DNA from: Candidatus Eiseniibacteriota bacterium
GTDB lineage: Bacteria; Eisenbacteria; RBG-16-71-46; CAVPCR01
Assembly: GCA_963702435.1 (NCBI GenBank)
Contig: CAVPCR010000001.1
Coordinates: forward strand, 1,472,001 to 1,536,000
DNA: 64,000 bases
Direction of reading: 5' to 3'
Part shown: positions 58,060 through 64,000 of the stretch, one piece after another
Layout of the letters: every line of letters starts with the position of its first letter
Numbering within the stretch: position 1 is the stretch's first letter
Notes under the pieces: model-generated
Told to the model about the DNA's origin: nothing
The model's database searches: none
What the model saw: the letters and a program-made list of their open reading frames with translations, nothing else
Program-made: the position numbers and the translations under genes

Positions 58060-59042
58060 CACCTCGTGCCGCCCGCTCCCAGCTCCTTCAACCGCGCGAT
58101 CCGCGCCGGCTCGCTCTCCGCGAGCCACGGATCCTTCGACAGGATCTCGTAGGCGCGGGCGAAGTGCGGGGCCGCCTCGTCCTTCCGGCCGAGGGCGAGG
58201 AGACACTCCCCGAGCTCCTCGTACACGAAGCCGTCCTCCTCGCCGATCGCGTCGATCTCCGCCTTGAGCTCCTCTTGCATGGAGAGCGCGGTCTCGACCT
58301 GGCCGAGCGAGCGCTCGGCGCGCGCCACGCACCATTTCGCGATCCGGGTCTCCGCCGGCTGGTTCTCCGCCCGGCGGAAGGCGAGCGCCTTCTCGAACAT
58401 CTCGAGCGCTGCCTGGTAGTCGCCCTGGTCGTGGTAGGTCCAGCCCACGTTGTTGTAGAGGGAGCCGAGCCACTTCCTCGCGCGCGGGCTCGATGAGGCC
58501 TCGGCCAGCGCCATGGCGCGCCTGTTCCAGGCGAGCGCCGAATCCGGCGGCTCGACGATCGCCATCATGTGGGCGGCGTCGACGGCGTAGGAATCGGCGC
58601 CGAGCGCCCGGCCGCGCTCCCAGGCCTCGAGGAAGAGCGGGCGCGCCTGGTCCGGATGCTTGGACGAGTTGTACGTGCGGCCGCGCTCGAGGAGGTAGCG
58701 CACGCGCGCCACCGCGAGCGAGTCGCCGAGCATCGGCTCGACCTCATCGAGGGTGGCGTGCGCCTCGTCGAACTTCCGCTGCAATCCCTGGGTGCGTGCG
58801 ATCTGGGTCAGGAGCTGGGCGAGGTAGTCGACGTCGCCGGAGGCCCGCGCCGCCGGCAGGTGGGTGCGGAAGATCGCCTCGGTCGAGTCGGGCTGCGCGA
58901 AGTTCCACTGCGCGTCGAAGTCCCTGGCCGCGCCCACCTCGTCCACCTCGCCGCCTTCCGCCCGCGACCGGGCGCTCACGATCGAAATCCCCGCGACGAG
59001 GATCGCCAGGGGGATGATGAAAGCATGGTCCCTGTCACGCAT
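58059..59042 (-). CDS. TPR-repeat protein
   Basis: TQIARTQGL, LERGR, SLYNNVGW, GFVYEELGEC. Confidence 0.8.
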   Translation of the reverse strand: MRDRDHAFIIPLAILVAGISIVSARSRAEGGEVDEVGAARDFDAQWNFAQPDSTEAIFRTHLPAARASGDVDYLAQLLTQIARTQGLQRKFDEAHATLDEVEPMLGDSLAVARVRYLLERGRTYNSSKHPDQARPLFLEAWERGRALGADSYAVDAAHMMAIVEPPDSALAWNRRAMALAEASSSPRARKWLGSLYNNVGWTYHDQGDYQAALEMFEKALAFRRAENQPAETRIAKWCVARAERSLGQVETALSMQEELKAEIDAIGEEDGFVYEELGECLLALGRKDEAAPHFARAYEILSKDPWLAESEPARIARLKELGAGGTR

Positions 59043-59643
59043 GTCGGATCTCCGGGAATCGGGTCAGCTTCGCCGCCACGCGGCGGACCGAATCATCGGT
59101 CATCGTCGCCCCCACCTCGGCGAGCGGGACCCAGCGGGCACCGCCCACATCCGGACCGGGCGCGATATCGGCGCTCCGCGCGCAGAGCAGCACGCGCACG
59201 TCGAAGTGCTCGTGCGCGGGTTCCGCGCCGTGCGCCGGGATGGGATGCACATCGAGGTCGAGGAGCGCGCCGCCCGCGCCCGCCGCCGGCTCGTCGAGGT
59301 CCGTGAGCCCCGTCTCCTCCCGGACCTCCCGGCGTGCCGCTGCCGTCACCGACTCGTCCCCGGGCTCGAAGTGCCCGCCCGGCTGGAGCCAGCGCCCGAG
59401 GCGCGCATGGAAGATGAGCAGGAGCGCCGTCGCATCCGGCGAGAGCACGAAGGCGCTCGCCGTGAAGTGCCCCGGCGCGAAGTGGGAGCGTGCGAGCACA
59501 TCTCCGGGCGCGGCGACAAGATCGAGCATGCGCGCCCGGTGCGCGGCCTCGCGCGCATCGGCCGGGACATGGGCGCGGAGCGCGGCCGCGAGGCGGATGC
59601 GGCGCTCGGCAAGCAGGTGGGTTGGCGCAGGCGACAGGCTCAC
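59035..59643 (-). CDS. NUDIX hydrolase
   Basis: GHFTASA, WLQPGGHFE..AARREVREETG. Confidence 0.92.
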   Translation of the reverse strand: MSLSPAPTHLLAERRIRLAAALRAHVPADAREAAHRARMLDLVAAPGDVLARSHFAPGHFTASAFVLSPDATALLLIFHARLGRWLQPGGHFEPGDESVTAAARREVREETGLTDLDEPAAGAGGALLDLDVHPIPAHGAEPAHEHFDVRVLLCARSADIAPGPDVGGARWVPLAEVGATMTDDSVRRVAAKLTRFPEIRHA

Positions 59644-59796
59644 ACCGGGACTCCTCCGGGGATGGGGATGGACCGGGACCGGGATCATCGCACGGGGCCG
59701 GGGCGGCCCGCCAGGGGACCTGCGGCGCGCGCGGGCGCCCGCCGGCTTGCGATTCACGTCGCGGCGGGGGGCGGCGCTCGGCTAGGCTACCGCCCG

Positions 59797-61134
59797 ATGT
59801 CCGAGCCGGCCTCGCCCCCCCTCCCGCCGCACCATCAGGAGGCGCGCGTCAACCGCCTCCTCCGGAACGCATCGTGGCTGTTCAGCGGCAATGCGCTCGC
59901 CTCGCTCTGCGGATTCGGACAGGCGGTCGTGCTCGGGCGCGCGCTCGGGGTCGACACCTACGGCCTCCTCGCCGTGATCATGGCCTTCGTCACCACGGTG
60001 AACCAGATCGTGGACATCCGGATGTGGGAGTCGGTGACCAAGTTCGTCGGCGACTTCCACGAGCGGGGCGACCACGGACGGGCGCGGGCCACCGTGAAGC
60101 TCGCCTATCTCATCGATGTCGGGACCGGAATCGTCGCCTTCCTCCTCGTCCTCGGGCTCGCGCCGCTGGCCATCCACCGTTTCCTCCACGGCCGCGTCGC
60201 GGCCGAGGACGTCATCCTCTATGCGGGCACGCTCCTCGTGGCCACGGTCAACGACACCTCGATGGCGCTCCTCCGGGTCTTCGACCGCTTCGACTGGCTC
60301 TCGGCCGAACGGGTCGGGAGCGCGGTCGTGCGGCTTCTCGCCCTGTGGGCGGTGGCCGCCGCGACCGGCCGCCTGACCCCGGTGCTCGCGGTCTACGTCG
60401 CCGTCGAGCTCGGGCGCGCGATCGTCCTCCTCGTCCTCGGGCTCCGCGCCACGCGGAGCGCGCTCACGGCACCCGGGCCGGATCACCTCGGCGCGGTCAA
60501 GGACCGGCTCGGCGCCTTCTGGCGCTTCACGCTCAACAACGCGGCCACCACGGTGCTCTCCCTCATCACGCGCCAGGTGGACATCCTGATCCTGACCGCG
60601 CTCCGCCCACCGGGCGAGGTCGGTCTCTTCCGCATGGCCAAGAACTTCGGGCAGCTGATCCTCCGTCTCTCCGATCCGGTCTACCACGCGATCTACCCCG
60701 AGCTCGTGCGCCTCGTGAACAATGCGCCGCGGGAGATGGGCGGCTTCCTCCGGCGGAGCATGCGGGTCGTGCTCGTCCTCGTGATCCCGGCCGGGATCAT
60801 CCTCATCGCCGCCGCCCGCCCCGTGCTCGAGCTCGCCGTCGGGCCCGACTTCGCCGCGGCCGCCACGCCGCTTCGCATCATGGTCCTCGGCGCGCTCCTC
60901 CATGCGGGCTTCCTCTGGGCGCGGCCGCTCGCCCTCGCCCGCGGCCGGTCGCACCTCTCGCCGATCGCCCACGCTGCGGGCGCCGCCGTGCTGGTCGCGA
61001 CCTCCTATCTCCTCGTGCCGCCGTTCGGCGCGATCGGGAGCGCTCTCACCTTCGTCGCGTCGAGCGCCGTCACGATCGGGATCCTGGCCGCGGGCGCCGT
61101 GCGCCCGGATCGCGGCGATCGCACGAGAGGCTGA
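59797..61134 (+). CDS. Oligosaccharide flippase (Wzx-like)
   Basis: LLRNASWL, RALGVDTYG, VDILIL..EVGLF..A, IYPEL; many TM segments. Confidence 0.85.
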   Translation: MSEPASPPLPPHHQEARVNRLLRNASWLFSGNALASLCGFGQAVVLGRALGVDTYGLLAVIMAFVTTVNQIVDIRMWESVTKFVGDFHERGDHGRARATVKLAYLIDVGTGIVAFLLVLGLAPLAIHRFLHGRVAAEDVILYAGTLLVATVNDTSMALLRVFDRFDWLSAERVGSAVVRLLALWAVAAATGRLTPVLAVYVAVELGRAIVLLVLGLRATRSALTAPGPDHLGAVKDRLGAFWRFTLNNAATTVLSLITRQVDILILTALRPPGEVGLFRMAKNFGQLILRLSDPVYHAIYPELVRLVNNAPREMGGFLRRSMRVVLVLVIPAGIILIAAARPVLELAVGPDFAAAATPLRIMVLGALLHAGFLWARPLALARGRSHLSPIAHAAGAAVLVATSYLLVPPFGAIGSALTFVASSAVTIGILAAGAVRPDRGDRTRG

Positions 61135-61227
61135 TCGCAGCTGACAGCGCAGCCCTTTCGTGCTATGGTGCGCCCTGCAACCTGGTGTTATCCCGGCTTC
61201 GTGTTGCCACCGCACCCGGAGCGCATC

Positions 61228-63249
61228 ATGGCCGACTGCGCACGCAGAACCTTCCTCTCGCCGATCGTGCTATCGACCGCCTTCCTGATCGCGTCCGCCC
61301 CCGCCGGCGCGACCGGAGCGATCGAGGGCTACGCCACCGCGGCCGACGTTCCGCAGGGCGGCACGCTCGAGCTCCACGTGTCGACCGAGGCGCTGACCTA
61401 CGATGTCCTGATCGAGGATGCGCTCGACCCGACGGCGATCTTCGTCGAGCACCAAGGACTCCCCGGCAGCGTCCATCCAATCCCCGACAGCGCCTTCGCC
61501 TGGGGCTGCGACTGGCCGGTCTCGCTCGAGGTGCCCGTCGCGCCGACCTGGCCGAGCGGCGTCTACTACGCGCGCCTCATCGCCCGTGACGTGCAGGGCC
61601 AGCCCCTCGCGGTCGCCGACACGAGCTTCGTGCCCTTCGTCGTCACCGAGGATGTTCCCGGCTCGACCTCGTCCATCCTCTTCCAGCTCTCGAACGCGAC
61701 GTACAACGCCTACAACAACTGGGGCGGAAAGAGCCTCTATCCGCAGAATTCCACGAATAACCGCCGTTCTTACTTCGTCTCCTTCGCGCGGCCCTATTCG
61801 CAGGAACGCGGGAAGGGCGAGTTCCCCTGGTGGGAGCGCCCGCTCGCCGCCTGGTTCCGTGCCGAGGGCATCCCGGTCGAGTACTGCACCAACGTCGCCT
61901 TGCACCGGGATCCGAACCTCACGGCTCCCTACCGGCTCTTCCTGAGCGTCGGCCACGACGAGTACTACTCGAAGGAGATGTACGACCAGCTCGAGGGCTT
62001 CCGCAATTCCGGCGGCAACCTGGCCTTCTTCGGGGCCAACTGCATCTTCTGGCAGGTGCGACTCCAGGGCGACACCGTGGTCTGCTACAAGGAGGCGGAC
62101 CTCGATCCCTACTTCGCCGCCGGGTACTTCGACCGCGTGACCGTCAACTGGCGCCAGTCGCCGGTCAACCGCCCCGAGGGCCGGCTGATCGGAGTCCAGT
62201 TCGATAGCTGGTGCTGGCGCCCCTGCGGCGCGCCGCTCATGCTCATCGAGCCCAACCACTGGATGACGCGCGAGCTCGGTCTTCTCGTCTGGCAGACGTT
62301 CGGGACCAACCTGGTCGGCTACGAGTGGGATCGCCGCTTCACGAACGCCGAGCCGCCGGGGATCGAGCTGCCATTCCTGTCCTACGTCTACAACCACTCC
62401 GGCGACTCGCGCTATCAGCAGACGTCGTACTACGAGCACCCGGCCACGAACCCGCTCTCCCGCGTCTTCGCCGCGGGGACCATCCAGTGGAGCTGGGGCG
62501 TGCGCCCCGACTCGGCGGGAGCGGATCCCTCGATCACCGCGATCACGCGCCGCGTCGTGCGCTGCCTCGATCAGCCCCCGACCCTCGCCGCCGACCGCGA
62601 GGTGATCTTCACGGCCGACCTCCGCCACGTGAACCTGAGCCCCTTCGACACGGTGTTCGTGCGCGGACAGCCGGCGCCACTGCTGCCTGACGGGCGGAAC
62701 TACCCGCTCCGCGACGACGGGGTGCCCCCCGATGTAACGGCCGGGGATCGCATCTTCACGCGCGCGGTCCTCTTCCCGGCCGGCACCTGGGACATCGTGC
62801 GCTACCAGTACTGGACGATCGGGCAATGCGGCTACGGCACGCGCTCGGCCTGGATCGAGGATCCCGAGCTCGGCGCCGGCCCCTCGGTCACTCTTCGCGA
62901 TCGCCCCGACTACTGCCCCGTCACCACGGCGGTGGACGACGGCGATCCCTCCCCTCCCCTCGCCGATGGGATCGAGGTCCGCGTGCAGCGCTCCGCCGGC
63001 CGCATCGAGATCGGGATCGCCGCCGCCGATCCACCGCCGGGCACCGCAGGGATCCCGCAGCTCCGGGTCGCCCTCTACGACGTGACCGGGCGCCTCGTCC
63101 GCGTGCTCGCCGATCAGCCGTTCCGCGAGATGCGGGCCGACCTCGTGTGGGCGGGCGAGGACGAGCGCGGTCACACGCAGCCCGCCGGCATCTACCTGCT
63201 CGACGTGCGCGTCGGTGACCGGGGCCGGTCGGCGAAGATCTTCTGGTAG
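61228..63249 (+). CDS. Secreted protein with N,N-dimethylformamidase beta-subunit-like domain and FlgD-Ig tail
   Basis: WPSGVY, TYNAYNNWGGKSLY, VSFARPY, SVGHDEYYS, GNLAFFGAN, VFAAGTIQWSW. Confidence 0.8.
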   Translation: MADCARRTFLSPIVLSTAFLIASAPAGATGAIEGYATAADVPQGGTLELHVSTEALTYDVLIEDALDPTAIFVEHQGLPGSVHPIPDSAFAWGCDWPVSLEVPVAPTWPSGVYYARLIARDVQGQPLAVADTSFVPFVVTEDVPGSTSSILFQLSNATYNAYNNWGGKSLYPQNSTNNRRSYFVSFARPYSQERGKGEFPWWERPLAAWFRAEGIPVEYCTNVALHRDPNLTAPYRLFLSVGHDEYYSKEMYDQLEGFRNSGGNLAFFGANCIFWQVRLQGDTVVCYKEADLDPYFAAGYFDRVTVNWRQSPVNRPEGRLIGVQFDSWCWRPCGAPLMLIEPNHWMTRELGLLVWQTFGTNLVGYEWDRRFTNAEPPGIELPFLSYVYNHSGDSRYQQTSYYEHPATNPLSRVFAAGTIQWSWGVRPDSAGADPSITAITRRVVRCLDQPPTLAADREVIFTADLRHVNLSPFDTVFVRGQPAPLLPDGRNYPLRDDGVPPDVTAGDRIFTRAVLFPAGTWDIVRYQYWTIGQCGYGTRSAWIEDPELGAGPSVTLRDRPDYCPVTTAVDDGDPSPPLADGIEVRVQRSAGRIEIGIAAADPPPGTAGIPQLRVALYDVTGRLVRVLADQPFREMRADLVWAGEDERGHTQPAGIYLLDVRVGDRGRSAKIFW

Positions 63250-63412
63250 GGCGGCTCGTAGGGCGGTCGCGTGCGAGGCGCCCGCCCGGGACCGCCGGTC
63301 TTCCCTTGACCTCCCTGCGGCAGATGAGGTCTCTTCGCACCTGGCCCGCAATGTGCCGGCTCGTCGCCGGCTCAACGCCGCGCCCGAAGGCCAATAAGGA
63401 CTTAGGAAACCG

Positions 63413-63922
63413 ATGATCCACGGTGTCGAGTTCAAGCCCCTTGCGAGCAACCTGGACCATCGCGGCTTCTTCCGCGAACTCGTCCGCGTGACCGACCCGT
63501 TCTTCCGCGAGGGCTTCGCGCAGTGGAGCCACAGCCTCATGGAGAGGAACGTGGTCAAGGCGTGGCATTTCCATCACCGCCAGGTGGACTGGTGGTACCT
63601 GGCGCTAGGGGAGCTCGAGGTCGCGCTCTTCGACCTCCGCGCGACGAGCCCGACCCATCGGGGCAAGATGGAGTTCACCCTCGGCGAGGCCGAGCCACGC
63701 GTCCTCCGGATCCCGCCGGGCGTCGCTCACGGCTGCAAGGTGACGACCCCCTTCGCCCACCTCTTCTACATAACGAGCCAGCTCTACGACCCGCAGGACG
63801 AGGGCCGGCATCCCTTCAACTCGGACGTGATCCCCCACTCCTGGGGCGACCCCGCCGAGCTCCTGGTCTCGGAGCGGGATCGGCACCTCCACGTCCCGCC
63901 CTATCCGGCTCCCGGCATCTAG
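63413..63922 (+). CDS. dTDP-4-dehydrorhamnose 3,5-epimerase-family (RmlC-like cupin)
   Basis: DHRGFFRE, KAWHFH, DLRATSPT, IPPGVAHG. Confidence 0.88.
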   Translation: MIHGVEFKPLASNLDHRGFFRELVRVTDPFFREGFAQWSHSLMERNVVKAWHFHHRQVDWWYLALGELEVALFDLRATSPTHRGKMEFTLGEAEPRVLRIPPGVAHGCKVTTPFAHLFYITSQLYDPQDEGRHPFNSDVIPHSWGDPAELLVSERDRHLHVPPYPAPGI

Positions 63923-64000
63923 CCAGGAATGTCGCGACGTCGCTGACGGCCGGGCGTCCGCCGGGTGGCGCGCGAGGGCATCCCTGCAGTAGCCGGCGGC

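Noticed and set aside
59787..59794. Second GGCGGTAG on the minus strand
   Set aside because: Lacks the AGGG context and is not near a NusG paralogue; treated as chance and noted as a caveat for the intI motif

Overview
High-GC bacterial DNA. Secreted proteins with FlgD-Ig C-terminal domains and a TWGxIK C-terminal motif suggest an Eisenbacteria/Krumholzibacteriota/Latescibacterota-like organism (inference). 1-4633: an IS3-family element, interrupted by a 3280-bp three-gene DDE-transposase/ExeA-ATPase element, truncates a terC gene. 4634-18700: an integron whose integrase lies on the same (minus) strand as its cassettes, with a candidate attI near 17293 and 19 attC sites. Nine of the 19 cassettes have no credible ORF; they form three related families sharing a conserved stem around a 61-63 nt variable insert. 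A NusG paralogue and an ops-like GGCGGTAG motif lie directly upstream of the integrase in the same orientation, suggesting antitermination-driven expression of the array (hypothesis). 19.9-64 kb is chromosomal backbone: tag, GNAT, outer-membrane proteins and lipoproteins, AttH-like protein, cyclophilin, ECF sigma/anti-sigma/ABC locus, FtsX-type ABC transporter, a propeptide-like lipoprotein + dockerin subtilase + cohesin lipoprotein cluster, PLD, a second subtilase, duplicated PAS kinases with a FixJ-like regulator, aconitase, a probable UxxC selenoprotein split in the ORF track, TonB receptor, flippase and RmlC-like epimerase. Coordinates were read by eye, start codons are best estimates, and no database searches were run.
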